Shown here: positions 1-9,830 of the stretch, one piece after another | How positions within the stretch are numbered: position 1 is the first letter of the stretch | How the letters are laid out: every line of letters begins with the position of its first letter | Virus record (IMG/VR): IMGVR_UViG_3300032322_002033 | Span: 1 to 64,000 of that record | Length of the DNA stretch: 64,000 nucleotides | Source of the DNA: a virus | Strand: one strand, 5' to 3' | Program-made: the position numbers and the translations under genes | Notes under the pieces: model-generated | Told to the model about the DNA's origin: nothing | What the model saw: only the letters and a program-made list of their open reading frames with translations | Databases searched by the model: none

Positions 1-135
1 GAAGATTATATTACTGATTTGGTTGACAGGTCAAGAAAACTACAAAATAAGATGGGACAAAATCCATCCTACGCAAAAAAGAAATTATATGGACAGACAG
101 GTGATGATGATTACCTATCAAGTTTAGGACTTTAA
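1..135 (+). CDS. 3' end of a hypothetical protein (partial)
   Basis: Frame 1 is open from the window edge (EDYITDLVDRSRK...DDDYLSSLGL) to TAA at 133-135, followed by a terminator hairpin. Confidence 0.7.
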   Translation, partial: EDYITDLVDRSRKLQNKMGQNPSYAKKKLYGQTGDDDYLSSLGL

Positions 136-138
136 GTT

Positions 139-170
139 TAAACCCCTCACAATTGAGGGGTTTATTATTT
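139..170 (+). terminator. Intrinsic terminator hairpin
   Basis: TAAACCCCTCA-caat-TGAGGGGTTTA inverted repeat followed by a T-rich tail. Confidence 0.75.
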
Positions 171-175
171 CCAAG

Positions 176-182
176 TATTTAT
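176..182 (+). promoter_or_regulatory. TATTTAT motif, putative phage late promoter
   Basis: 5 nt upstream of the terminase ATG; same motif recurs before many structural genes. Confidence 0.55.
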
Positions 183-187
183 AGAAT

Positions 188-1930
188 ATGTCACTAAGTA
201 AAGAAGCGGTTATAATGGAATATAAAAAGTGTATGATGTCAACAGAATACGCTTTAAAAACATACCTACAAACCTACGATAATACGGTACAAAAATATGT
301 GCCGTTAGAATTATTTCCTGACCAAGTTGGATTGGTTGAAGATTATGAAAATTTTAATGAAAATATTGCATTAAAATATCGACAAGCGGGGGTCTCCACA
401 GTAACCGCCGCATGGTCGTCAAAAAAATTGGCTTTTGCTAAAAAAAGTAAACCTGAAAAAATTCTAATAATTGCAAATAAATTGGATACTGCGGTTGAAT
501 TTGCTAACAAAATACGAGGTTTTACTGAGCAGTGGCCAAGTTGGGTTGGAATTGGATTCTCGGCTGAAAAAAACTCACAAAGACATTTTAAATTAAATAA
601 TGGATGTGAGGTTAAAGCAGTTGCAACATCAAAAGATGCTCTACGTGGTTACACTCCAACCATATTAATATTTGACGAGGCGGCATATATTGATGCTGAT
701 GATGATTTTTGGGCGGCTTGTATGGCATCCTTATCCACAGGAGGTAAGGTAATTGTTATATCAACACCAAATGGCTATGACCCAATTTATTATGAAATCT
801 ATGACCAAGCATTAAAGAGAATGAATGAGTTCAAAATTTCTGAGATGGTTTGGTGGAAAGACCCGAGATATAACAAGGATTTAAAATTATTAAAAGTTAA
901 AGATGTTATTCATTATTATTTGAATCGAGGGGAATATAGTGATGTTGAGGAAATAAGTTATGAAAATACTCAAAAAAATTATGATGAGATAAGAAAATAT
1001 ATTGCTCAAGGGTTTAGACCTTCTTCCACTTGGTATGAAACTATGGTTAAAAAATTGAAGTATGACCGAAGAAAAGTTAACCAGGAGTTGGAGTGTGAAT
1101 TTTTAGGTTCGGGGGATAATGTATTTGACTCGGATGTTATTGCAAGGATAAAAAACGAACAAATTAAAGAACCTGAGACAACTATGATTGGTGGAGCTCT
1201 TTGGATTTGGAAAGAAGTAACTGCGGGTCACAAATATATTATGGGAGTTGATGTCAGTAGAGGAGATAGTGAAGATTATTCAACATTCCAAATAATTGAT
1301 TTTGACACACGAGAACAAGTTGTAGAATACGTTGGAAAAATACCACCTGATACGTTAGCGGAACTATGTTATAAATGGGGAACCATGTATTCTGCGTTTA
1401 TAGTTGTGGATATTACAGGTGGAATGGGTGTAACAACATCTTTACGACTTAGAGAATTAGGATACAGAAATATGTATGTTGATGGAGTTGACTTATCAAA
1501 CAAATGGCAATATGACCCAAAAATAAATGAAAAAATACCTGGTATTAATTTTAATAATAAAAGGGTTCAGATTATTGCAATATTTGAGGAATACTTACGT
1601 CACGGGTTTTCAGTTAGGTCGAAAAGGTTACTAAACGAAATGAATACTTTTGTTTATGTGAATGGAAGACCTGACCACCAAAAAGGTCAACACGATGATT
1701 TAATTATGTCAATAGCAATGGCAATATATGTCGGGGAGTCATCGTTTTCTCAATTAACAAAAGTTACTAATCACACCAAGGCAATGTTAAATTCATGGTC
1801 AGTTGAGACAAATGAATTAAAAAAAGAAACTTTTGCAGCTCCTGTTATAATTGAAGGCGGTCATAAAAAAAATCAACCAACACTTAAAGACTACCAAACA
1901 TATTCATGGTTATTTGCTGGAAAAAGATAA
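188..1930 (+). CDS. terL: Terminase large subunit (T4 gp17-like)
   Basis: KYRQAGVST Walker-A-like, LIFDEAA Walker B, VISTPNG motif III, nuclease motifs GVDVSRG and HDDLIM; precedes the portal. Confidence 0.95.
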   Translation: MSLSKEAVIMEYKKCMMSTEYALKTYLQTYDNTVQKYVPLELFPDQVGLVEDYENFNENIALKYRQAGVSTVTAAWSSKKLAFAKKSKPEKILIIANKLDTAVEFANKIRGFTEQWPSWVGIGFSAEKNSQRHFKLNNGCEVKAVATSKDALRGYTPTILIFDEAAYIDADDDFWAACMASLSTGGKVIVISTPNGYDPIYYEIYDQALKRMNEFKISEMVWWKDPRYNKDLKLLKVKDVIHYYLNRGEYSDVEEISYENTQKNYDEIRKYIAQGFRPSSTWYETMVKKLKYDRRKVNQELECEFLGSGDNVFDSDVIARIKNEQIKEPETTMIGGALWIWKEVTAGHKYIMGVDVSRGDSEDYSTFQIIDFDTREQVVEYVGKIPPDTLAELCYKWGTMYSAFIVVDITGGMGVTTSLRLRELGYRNMYVDGVDLSNKWQYDPKINEKIPGINFNNKRVQIIAIFEEYLRHGFSVRSKRLLNEMNTFVYVNGRPDHQKGQHDDLIMSIAMAIYVGESSFSQLTKVTNHTKAMLNSWSVETNELKKETFAAPVIIEGGHKKNQPTLKDYQTYSWLFAGKR

Positions 1931-1972
1931 ACAAATATTTAAACTAAATTTAAAAATATTATATTTTGAGTT

Positions 1973-3790
1973 ATGAGTAATGAAAAATTAACAGTATGGC
2001 AAAGGTTATCGCAAACATTTGGACCTAATTCTTTATTAGGACAAGATTACCCGACATACAAATATGACAAACAAGAGCTTTTAAAAACTACTTCAAAACA
2101 AGAGTATGACAAAGAAAAATTACAGGCTCAACAAACATATTATTTGGCTAATCAATGGGCTAAAATAGAAAATAATTTATATACTCAGGCGGTATATTAC
2201 GAACCAACTAGATTATCATCATTTTATGATTATGAATCTATGGAATTTACTCCTGAGATATCTGCGGCGTTAGATATATATTCGGAAGAATCGACTACTG
2301 TAAACCAAGATGGATATATGTTACAGATTTATTCTGAATCTAGACGTATCAAATCAATTATTGCCGATTTATTTAATAACGTATTAGATATCAACACAAA
2401 CTTACCTATGTGGACAAGAAACACATGTAAGTATGGTGATAATTTTGTTTACTTGAAGTTAGACCCTGAAAAAGGTGTTGTTGGGTGTTTGCAATTACCG
2501 ATAATTGAAATTGAAAGATTAGAAGCGGGAATGGGAGCTCACTCAACTGACTCAACAACTGACCCAAAGAAAAAACATTTGAAGTTCAAATGGAAACAAA
2601 AAGATATTGAGTTTAATACGTGGGAAATAGCTCACTTTAGAATTTTAGGTGATGATAGACGATTACCATACGGAACTTCGATGTTAGAGAAGGCTCGTCG
2701 TATATGGAAACAATTATTATTGGCGGAAGATGCTATGTTAATTTATAGAACATCAAGAGCTCCTGAAAGACGTGTATTTAAGGTATTTGTCGGTAACATG
2801 GATGATGCAGATGTTGAACCATATATCCAAAGATTTGCAAATAAATTTAAACGTTCTCAAGTAGTTGACCACAATACAGGTAATGTGGATATGAGATTTA
2901 ACCAAATGGCGGTTGACCAAGATTACTTTGTACCTGTTCGTGACCCTCAACAAGTGTCACCTATTGATACATTAGCAGGTGCTCAAAACCTATCAGAGAT
3001 TGCGGATATTGAGTATATCCAAAAGAAACTATTGGCGGCAATTAGAGTTCCAAAAGCGTTTTTAGGATTTGAAGAAACTGTAGGTGACGGTAAAAATCTA
3101 TCATTACAAGATATACGTTTTGCAAGAACTATTAATAAAATTCAGAAAAGTATGATATCTGAATTAAATAAAATTGCAATTATACACTTGTTTATTTTAG
3201 GTTTTGAGGATGAGTTATCTAATTTCCAATTATCTCTGACAAATCCTTCAACACAAGCCGATTTATTAAGAATTGAAGTTTGGAAAGAAAAAATACTTTT
3301 ATATAAAGATGTTGTTACAGGTGTTGAAGGGATTGCCCCGGCATCAGTGTCTTGGGCTAAGAAACACATTCTTGGTTTTTCTGATGAGGAAATTAAACTT
3401 GATTTACAACAACAAAGAATTGAAAGAGCGGTTGCATCTGAATTAACTAAAACTCCTGAAGTTATTACTCACACAGGTTTATTTGATAACTTAGACAAGT
3501 TATATGGTAAAAAAGAAAATGAACCAGCAGGTGCTGAGGCACCTGCAGGAGAACCAACTGACATGGGAATGGGTTCACCATCTGAACCTGTAGGAGGTCC
3601 GACACCACCAGAGCCAGGTGCTCCTGGAGAAATTCCACCAACAGTACCTGAAGAAGAAAGAAAAGGAAATTTAAATATTTTATTGGAAAATTCTAATGTG
3701 TTTGGGGATGATGAAATTATTGATTTGTCTAAAGCCAAAAATTTCTTAAATGAAATGGAGAAAGAACTTGATAAGTTATTAGATAAGTAA
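1973..3790 (+). CDS. Portal protein (T4 gp20-like) with Pro/Glu-rich C-terminal extension
   Basis: LAEDAMLIYRTSRAPERRVFKVFVGNM, QDYFVP, DIEYIQKKL and DIRFARTI are gp20-type motifs. Confidence 0.95.
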   Translation: MSNEKLTVWQRLSQTFGPNSLLGQDYPTYKYDKQELLKTTSKQEYDKEKLQAQQTYYLANQWAKIENNLYTQAVYYEPTRLSSFYDYESMEFTPEISAALDIYSEESTTVNQDGYMLQIYSESRRIKSIIADLFNNVLDINTNLPMWTRNTCKYGDNFVYLKLDPEKGVVGCLQLPIIEIERLEAGMGAHSTDSTTDPKKKHLKFKWKQKDIEFNTWEIAHFRILGDDRRLPYGTSMLEKARRIWKQLLLAEDAMLIYRTSRAPERRVFKVFVGNMDDADVEPYIQRFANKFKRSQVVDHNTGNVDMRFNQMAVDQDYFVPVRDPQQVSPIDTLAGAQNLSEIADIEYIQKKLLAAIRVPKAFLGFEETVGDGKNLSLQDIRFARTINKIQKSMISELNKIAIIHLFILGFEDELSNFQLSLTNPSTQADLLRIEVWKEKILLYKDVVTGVEGIAPASVSWAKKHILGFSDEEIKLDLQQQRIERAVASELTKTPEVITHTGLFDNLDKLYGKKENEPAGAEAPAGEPTDMGMGSPSEPVGGPTPPEPGAPGEIPPTVPEEERKGNLNILLENSNVFGDDEIIDLSKAKNFLNEMEKELDKLLDK

Positions 3791-3791
3791 A

Positions 3792-3798
3792 TATTTAT
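3792..3798 (+). promoter_or_regulatory. TATTTAT motif, putative late promoter
   Basis: In the 22-nt gap before ORF 3813. Confidence 0.5.
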
Positions 3799-3812
3799 TA
3801 AATAAAAGAAAA

Positions 3813-4523
3813 ATGAAATTCGGATTAATTAAAACCCTAATTGAAAATAGATTGGTAGAATCATTCAAAAAGGATGACCTAACAAAGAATATGAAAATAT
3901 TCAAATCAAAATTATTAACAAATAAATCGTTTGTTAGTATGATGAATATTTACGACAATTTAAATGAACATAAGGAATTGGATAAAGAGAGCGCAAATTA
4001 TTTAGTTGATGATTTGTCTAATGAATTTAAATCTATTAAACTTGATGAAAACACAATTAAGTTTATTAAAACTTGGACATCAGGTATTGTAGTTGAAAAC
4101 AAATACTCAGTTATTGATGATTTGTTATATGGTGATAATACTAAACCCGAGAAAAGGTCTATTGCTAGAAAATCAATCGTAGAGTCATTAGGTGAGAAAA
4201 ATATTATTAAAGAGTCTAAAACTCCAAAATTACCAATATCAACTATGTTGAAGGTTGCTAACTCAAACGCTAAGAAATATTTAGACACGTTAACCGAATC
4301 TGAAAAAAAGGAAGTTCTTTCAATAATGGAATTAAAGGATGAAAAATTAACTGAAAGTTTTTCTAAATTAAAAGAAGATACGATTTCTAAAATAGATAAA
4401 CTCATTTCAGAATCTGAAGAAGGACTTAAAGAAACTTTGTCAGATACAAGAGAAAAAATACAAAGTTCAATCCCGACAAAAAAGGAATATATAAAACTTT
4501 TGGAATTAAACAAAAACATTTAA
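3813..4523 (+). CDS. Hypothetical helical protein, possible prohead core component
   Basis: Lies between portal and protease; many [LIV]xE-S sites; K/E-rich. Confidence 0.5.
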   Translation: MKFGLIKTLIENRLVESFKKDDLTKNMKIFKSKLLTNKSFVSMMNIYDNLNEHKELDKESANYLVDDLSNEFKSIKLDENTIKFIKTWTSGIVVENKYSVIDDLLYGDNTKPEKRSIARKSIVESLGEKNIIKESKTPKLPISTMLKVANSNAKKYLDTLTESEKKEVLSIMELKDEKLTESFSKLKEDTISKIDKLISESEEGLKETLSDTREKIQSSIPTKKEYIKLLELNKNI

Positions 4524-4527
4524 CAAT

Positions 4528-4554
4528 AAGTCCGACATCTGTCGGACTTTTTTT
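4528..4554 (+). terminator. Intrinsic terminator
   Basis: AAGTCCGAC-atct-GTCGGACTT followed by a T run. Confidence 0.85.
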
Positions 4555-4581
4555 GACAATAAAGTATTAAATGTTTATAAT
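4553..4581 (+). promoter_or_regulatory. Consensus sigma70-type promoter
   Basis: TTGACA (4553-4558), 17-nt spacer, TATAAT (4576-4581). Confidence 0.8.
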
Positions 4582-4616
4582 TAAAATACTAATAAACTTT
4601 GTTGTGAAATTTTTTA

Positions 4617-5072
4617 ATGAAGAAAGGAAAATCATGTGTCGTCAATGGATACAAAAAATTTAAATGCAGTTATGGAACAGTAGATTCCAAAAATCTAAAA
4701 TCAATTTATTTGAACTTACAAACTTGGGTACAACCAAAAAATCACGAAGTTAATTGGGAGAGATTAATCTCAAATTTATCAAGAAATATTAAAATGTTGG
4801 TGTCTGAAATATTGGATGTTAACATATATGGTGAAAACATTATTGTTGATTTAGATTTAAGAGCCAGCGGAATATCACTTAAAAAAAGGTCGTTCATGAA
4901 TTTAGAAATTACTTTATTTGTTAAAACAAATACTGAATTCAAATCTAATGAAATAAAAAATTCTGTTAAAAATATTATTTCTCATATCGAGAAAGAGGTG
5001 ATTAAAAAAAATAAATATTTTTCTTTTTATTTGACAAAATCAGATACTAAAATAAAAACTGAATTGGTTTAG
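4617..5072 (+). CDS. Hypothetical protein
   Basis: 151-aa ORF with its own sigma70-type promoter. Confidence 0.75.
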   Translation: MKKGKSCVVNGYKKFKCSYGTVDSKNLKSIYLNLQTWVQPKNHEVNWERLISNLSRNIKMLVSEILDVNIYGENIIVDLDLRASGISLKKRSFMNLEITLFVKTNTEFKSNEIKNSVKNIISHIEKEVIKKNKYFSFYLTKSDTKIKTELV

Positions 5073-5079
5073 TATTTAT
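5073..5079 (+). promoter_or_regulatory. TATTTAT motif, putative late promoter
   Basis: Intergenic, 14 nt before the protease ATG. Confidence 0.55.
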
Positions 5080-5093
5080 TATAAAAAAAGAAA

Positions 5094-5813
5094 ATGCAAA
5101 ACTATAAGATATTAGGTCCAAATGAATCAGGAAAAGGGGTATTAATTGAAATGGATGCTGGTTATGTTTCCCCAAATGAAGCAAGAAATATTAAAGTACT
5201 TCAGGAAAATAAAAACATAGCTGACTATTCTAAACCTTTTGAGTTTTATGCGGTATTACAAAAATACGATACACCAAATAGAAATGGTAGAATTTATCCT
5301 GAAAGAATATTAAAGAGAGAGGCCGACAATTACATTAAAAATTATATTAATAAGGGAACATCTCTTTCAGAATTAAATCACCCTGAATCGTCTTTAATTG
5401 ACTTAGATAGGGTTTCTCACATTATTACCGAAGTATGGTGGGAAGGGAATGTTTTAATCGGTAAACTTAAATTATTAACATCACCAGGATTCCACGAAAG
5501 AGGGATATGTTCAACTAAAGGAGATTTGGCGGCAAATTACCTAAGACAAGGTGTTACTTTGGGTATATCATCAAGAGGTGTTGGTTCTTTAAAAAAGAAA
5601 GGGGAACAAAATGAAGTTCAAGAAGATTTTGAATTAATTTGTTTTGACTTAGTATCGTCTCCATCTACACCAGGAGCATATCTATTCTCAGATGTTAATG
5701 ACAGATTGAAATTTGAAGAAGATTTGAAAGAAGAACAAGTTGTTAAAAATCAAAGATTAGGTGGTAACTCTATTGATTTAATGAATAAATTAAACGATTA
5801 TTTAGGAAAATAA
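5094..5813 (+). CDS. Prohead core protease (T4 gp21-like)
   Basis: NRNGRIYP, ELNHP, RVSHII, GISSRGVGS and DLVSSPSTPGA motifs. Confidence 0.95.
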   Translation: MQNYKILGPNESGKGVLIEMDAGYVSPNEARNIKVLQENKNIADYSKPFEFYAVLQKYDTPNRNGRIYPERILKREADNYIKNYINKGTSLSELNHPESSLIDLDRVSHIITEVWWEGNVLIGKLKLLTSPGFHERGICSTKGDLAANYLRQGVTLGISSRGVGSLKKKGEQNEVQEDFELICFDLVSSPSTPGAYLFSDVNDRLKFEEDLKEEQVVKNQRLGGNSIDLMNKLNDYLGK

Positions 5814-5819
5814 TTTAAT

Positions 5820-6035
5820 ATGGAAATGGACGAAAAATATTTTGTGGCAAAAATCCAATACGATTTGCCAGATGAAAACTCAGGAAAGATTAAAAAAGTC
5901 AGAGAAGAGAAATTAGTTAAAGGTTACAACGTAACAGATGTTGAAGCCAAAGTAACTAAAGCTTATGAATCATTTTCTTATGATTGGAGAATTACTTCAG
6001 TTGCGGAAAGTAAGATTGATGAGATTTTTGAGTAA
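5820..6035 (+). CDS. Small hypothetical protein, DUF4494-like
   Basis: YFVAKIQY...GKIKKVREEKLV...TDVEAKV resembles the Bacteroidota DUF4494 N-terminus (recalled, not searched). Confidence 0.5.
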   Translation: MEMDEKYFVAKIQYDLPDENSGKIKKVREEKLVKGYNVTDVEAKVTKAYESFSYDWRITSVAESKIDEIFE

Positions 6036-6058
6036 TTTTTAATTAATCTTAAAATAAT

Positions 6059-6085
6059 AAAGGGGAGTGTAAACTCCCTTTTTTT
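6059..6085 (+). terminator. Intrinsic terminator
   Basis: GGGAGT-gtaa-ACTCCC followed by T7. Confidence 0.85.
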
Positions 6086-6128
6086 ATGCTCAAAACAAAC
6101 AAAAATTAATTTTTTTTAAATCTTGCCA

Positions 6129-6135
6129 TATTTAT
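6129..6135 (+). promoter_or_regulatory. TATTTAT motif, putative late promoter for scaffold and capsid genes
   Basis: Downstream of a terminator, 15 nt before ATG 6151. Confidence 0.6.
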
Positions 6136-6150
6136 CAATAAAATATCTAA

Positions 6151-7599
6151 ATGAAAAAAGAAAATTTAGTTGAAGAAACAATCTTACAATTACAAAATTT
6201 GGAAGATGTTATCAATGAAAACGCAAAAGAAATACTTGCTTCTACTATGGAGAAAGAAATTAGCGAATTAGTAAAAGAGTCTATGAAAGAAGAGGCTGAT
6301 GATGAAACATTAGAGCAGTCTAATGACACCCCTGAAGAAATGTCTGAACAGGAATCTGATAAAGAATTAGAAATGGATTTGGATGACATGGATGACGATT
6401 CAGAAGAAATTGATATGGACATGATGAATATGGACATGGATGACGATTCAGAAGAAATTGATATGGGCATGATGGACATGGACATAGATGATGATTCTGA
6501 TGAATCTGATATGGGAATGGACATGGACATGGATATGGGTGGAGAAGAAACAATCGACTTAACAGATGCGAGCGATGATGAAATTCTTAAAGTATTTAAA
6601 TCTATGACTGACAACGACTCTATCTCAATCGAAAAAGATGGAGATTATCTTCATTTAACTGATGAAGATGATGAGTACTTAATCCAAACTGAATCTGAAG
6701 AAATGGACGAATCTTGGTCTGAAGAAATGGACGAACAAGAAGAGGACATGGATATGATGGATATGGATGATGAAATGGACATCACAGTTGCTGATGATGA
6801 TTCAGAAGAAATTGTCTATGAAATTGAAATGGATGAAGAAGAAGTTGAAGATGACGAATTTATGAATGAGAACAAACACTTTGCATTTGCAAAAGGCTTT
6901 AAAACTGAAACAAAAGAATCTGCAAAATCAATTAAACCAAAAGTAGGTAATGACGTAACGACTGGAACTCCTAATAAATTTTCATACAAGAAGACTAATA
7001 AAGGATTCAAAGAGGAAATGCCACAAGGCACTAAAGGTGTTGGAATGGGTAAAGCCAAATTTGAATACAAAGAGTCTAAAATGAAAGAACCTAAGAAAGT
7101 TGAAACTAAGGAAGCTGCTAGAACATTAGGTAATGGTAAGAGATGGGGAAGAAAAGGTTTAGACAAACCAAGAAGTGCTCCTCGTCACTTAGCAATTGAA
7201 TCAACGCAGTCTGAACTTGAAATGTTGAGAACAAAAAATGAAGAATACAGAAAATCTTTGAATTTATTTAGAGAAAAACTTAACGAAGTTGCTACATTTA
7301 ATTCAAATTTAGCTTACGCTACAAGATTGTTCACAGAACACTCAACATCTAAACAAGAGAAAATCAACATTCTAAGAAGATTTGATACCGCAGAAACTTT
7401 AAAAGAGTCTAAAGCACTATATAAGCAAATTAAAGACGAATTAACAGGTGAAAAGAAAAAATTTGTTAATGAGTCAATCGAAACAGCAATTGAGAAGACT
7501 CCACAATCAGGTTCAGCAATGAATTTAATTGAGTCTAAGACTTATGAGAACCCTCAATTCTTGAGAATGAAAGACATTATGTCAAAAATAACAAAATAA
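6151..7599 (+). CDS. Prohead scaffolding/core protein (gp22-like position)
   Basis: Between protease and capsid; very acidic D/E/M-rich middle, coiled-coil C-terminus, many xxE-S/A sites. Confidence 0.8.
   Translation: MKKENLVEETILQLQNLEDVINENAKEILASTMEKEISELVKESMKEEADDETLEQSNDTPEEMSEQESDKELEMDLDDMDDDSEEIDMDMMNMDMDDDSEEIDMGMMDMDIDDDSDESDMGMDMDMDMGGEETIDLTDASDDEILKVFKSMTDNDSISIEKDGDYLHLTDEDDEYLIQTESEEMDESWSEEMDEQEEDMDMMDMDDEMDITVADDDSEEIVYEIEMDEEEVEDDEFMNENKHFAFAKGFKTETKESAKSIKPKVGNDVTTGTPNKFSYKKTNKGFKEEMPQGTKGVGMGKAKFEYKESKMKEPKKVETKEAARTLGNGKRWGRKGLDKPRSAPRHLAIESTQSELEMLRTKNEEYRKSLNLFREKLNEVATFNSNLAYATRLFTEHSTSKQEKINILRRFDTAETLKESKALYKQIKDELTGEKKKFVNESIETAIEKTPQSGSAMNLIESKTYENPQFLRMKDIMSKITK
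6385..6528 (+). repeat. 3 x 48-nt tandem repeat (DMDDDSEEIDMxMMxM)
   Basis: Units start at 6385, 6433 and 6481; the first two share GACATGGATGACGATTCAGAAGAAATTGATATGG. Confidence 0.85.
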
Positions 7600-7635
7600 A
7601 CAATAAACTAAAAAATAATTAAAACCAAATAAAAA

Positions 7636-9495
7636 ATGGGAGCATTATTAGAAAGTGGATTAGTAGGTAACATCGGTCTTAAGCACCTTAAAGTTATCAA
7701 AGAAGACACTATAAACAAATGGGACAAATTAGGGTTCCTAGAAGGTCTACGTGGCCACCTAAAAGAAAATGTAGCTCAGTTGTATGAAAACCAAGCTTCA
7801 TTCTTAATCAACGAATCTTCATCTACAACTGATTCAGGTTCATTCGAAACTGTGGTATTCCCTATCATCAGACGTGTGTTCTCTAAATTGTTAGCGAATG
7901 AAATCGTATCTGTACAAGCTATGAACTTACCAATCGGTAAATTGTTTTACTTTGTACCTCAAATCCAAGGTTATACTGCAGCAACTCCCTCAGTTGCACA
8001 AGGTGAAACTAATGGTCACTACGCACCATTTGGAGCCCCAAATTCAAATGCGACAAGTATTAACGCAGGTTATGAAGGTTCAAATGCTTATGCTAAAAAT
8101 CTTTATGATTTATTCTATGAAGGTAGTGAAGGAGCTTTAGACCCTCCTGGATTGTTTGACTACTCTAAAGGTCGTTTCTACTGGTTATCAGCCGCAACAT
8201 CTACAGTTTCTTGGTCAAATGGTTATATGGTATCTACAAATTTAACTAGTGGTGATGTTTATCGTAAAGTAATCATTGCAATGTCAGGATTCTCTAGCAC
8301 AGGTGCTGGTAAATTAATCGGACCTGACGGACAAGAAATGGATAATGAAGCGTTCTTATCAGATTTGACTTTATTCCCTAACTCAACAATGGTTACTCAA
8401 GTAAACACTGCCGCAGGTGCTACAATTTTAGGTGCAACAACACCTCTTTTATTCCGTGTTGTAACTCAAAAATATGGAAAAGGTATTGTTCAGTATGGTT
8501 CAACAACTACTACGTCATTCCCAGGTACTAACACTGGTGGTGGAAATGGTGGTACTTTCCAAGATTTATGTTCACAAAATGGTGTAATTTATTTGGAAGT
8601 TGACTTACAATTCCCAGCATGTATTTCTTGTGGTCAGTCTAGTCCTGATGGATATACTGGAGCAACTTTAACTGCCGCAGCAATTACTGGTGACACAAAC
8701 GTTATTAGAGCGTTCTATAAGAGATATGAAGAGTTAGAATTTGAAGACAAAATCGGTGAAGTTTCTTTCAATTTGGAGTCTGTAACAGTTTCTGTAACTG
8801 AAAGAAAATTAAGAGCACAATGGTCTCCTGAATTGGCACAAGACGTTGCGGCATTCCACAACATCGACGCTGAGGCTGAATTAACAGCTTTATTGTCTGA
8901 ACAAGTTGCGGCTGAAATTGACCGTGAAATCTTACGTGACTTACGTAAAGGTGCAGCTTGGACATTACGTTGGGATTACAACGGATGGAAGAGACTGAAC
9001 AACCAAGCTACTCCATACACTCAAAAAGACTGGAACCAAACTTTGATTACTGCGATTAACCAAATCTCAGCTCAAATTCACAAGTCTACTTTAAGAGGTG
9101 GAGCTAACTGGATTGTTGTTTCTTCTGAAATCAGTGCTATTTTTGATGACTTGGAATACTTCCACGTATCAAACGCAGCTCCTGAGCAAGACCAATACAA
9201 CATGGGTATTGAAAGAGTAGGAACATTGAGTGGACGTTACCAAGTGTATCGTGACCCATACTTCCCACCAAATACTATCTTGATTGGTCATAAAGGTACA
9301 TCTTTATTGGATACTGGTTACATCTACGCTCCATATGTACCTCTACAATTAACTCCAACTATGTATAACCCATTCAACTTCACACCTATCAAAGGTATCA
9401 TGACACGTTACGCTAAGAAGATGGTTAACAACCGTTTCTATGGACGTATCGTAGTTGATGGAGTTCGTACATTTGACTTGAGAGAATTAAGATAA
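7636..9495 (+). CDS. Major capsid protein (T4 gp23-like) with large T/S/G/A-rich insertion
   Basis: VSVQAMNLPIG, RKLRAQWSPELAQD, DAEAELTALLSEQVAAEIDREI, YAPYVPL, GIMTRYA. Confidence 0.97.
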   Translation: MGALLESGLVGNIGLKHLKVIKEDTINKWDKLGFLEGLRGHLKENVAQLYENQASFLINESSSTTDSGSFETVVFPIIRRVFSKLLANEIVSVQAMNLPIGKLFYFVPQIQGYTAATPSVAQGETNGHYAPFGAPNSNATSINAGYEGSNAYAKNLYDLFYEGSEGALDPPGLFDYSKGRFYWLSAATSTVSWSNGYMVSTNLTSGDVYRKVIIAMSGFSSTGAGKLIGPDGQEMDNEAFLSDLTLFPNSTMVTQVNTAAGATILGATTPLLFRVVTQKYGKGIVQYGSTTTTSFPGTNTGGGNGGTFQDLCSQNGVIYLEVDLQFPACISCGQSSPDGYTGATLTAAAITGDTNVIRAFYKRYEELEFEDKIGEVSFNLESVTVSVTERKLRAQWSPELAQDVAAFHNIDAEAELTALLSEQVAAEIDREILRDLRKGAAWTLRWDYNGWKRLNNQATPYTQKDWNQTLITAINQISAQIHKSTLRGGANWIVVSSEISAIFDDLEYFHVSNAAPEQDQYNMGIERVGTLSGRYQVYRDPYFPPNTILIGHKGTSLLDTGYIYAPYVPLQLTPTMYNPFNFTPIKGIMTRYAKKMVNNRFYGRIVVDGVRTFDLRELR

Positions 9496-9514
9496 TATAT
9501 CTTAACCCAAATAT

Positions 9515-9543
9515 AAAAAGGTCAGAGAAATCTGACCTTTTTT
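9515..9543. terminator. Bidirectional intrinsic terminator
   Basis: AAAAAGGTCAGA-gaaa-TCTGACCTTTTT between convergent genes. Confidence 0.9.
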
Positions 9544-9796
9544 ATTTATTAGTAATTACTCGAATTGACTTGGAGATTGCTTCAGATTCTTCTAATCTAA
9601 AAGCACCTCTTGTATATGCTGATTTAACTGCTTCAATTACACAATATAAAGCTTGGTCATAGTTTAAATTAGAAATAAATCTATCTAAATCATCATAGTT
9701 TGAGTATTGAATTGAATCAAACAACTCTCCAATTGGGGATATTTTATTTAATTCATTATTAATATCTTGTTTTAATTTTTCTGCGTCATTTTCCAT
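9542..9796 (-). CDS. Hypothetical protein
   Basis: 84-aa ORF with a sigma70-like promoter upstream and a terminator downstream. Confidence 0.75.
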   Translation of the reverse strand: MENDAEKLKQDINNELNKISPIGELFDSIQYSNYDDLDRFISNLNYDQALYCVIEAVKSAYTRGAFRLEESEAISKSIRVITNK

Positions 9797-9801
9797 ATTA
9801 A

Positions 9802-9830
9802 AATATATTTATAATAAACGTTATTGTCAA
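9802..9830 (-). promoter_or_regulatory. Sigma70-like promoter overlapping a divergent TATTTAT (9806-9812, +)
   Basis: Minus strand TTGACA-17 nt-TATATT, ending 5 nt before ATG 9796. Confidence 0.6.

Noticed and set aside
2753-8965. Antisense or alternate-frame ORFs within the portal, 3813, scaffold and capsid genes
   Set aside because: Fully overlap well-supported genes and reflect codon bias
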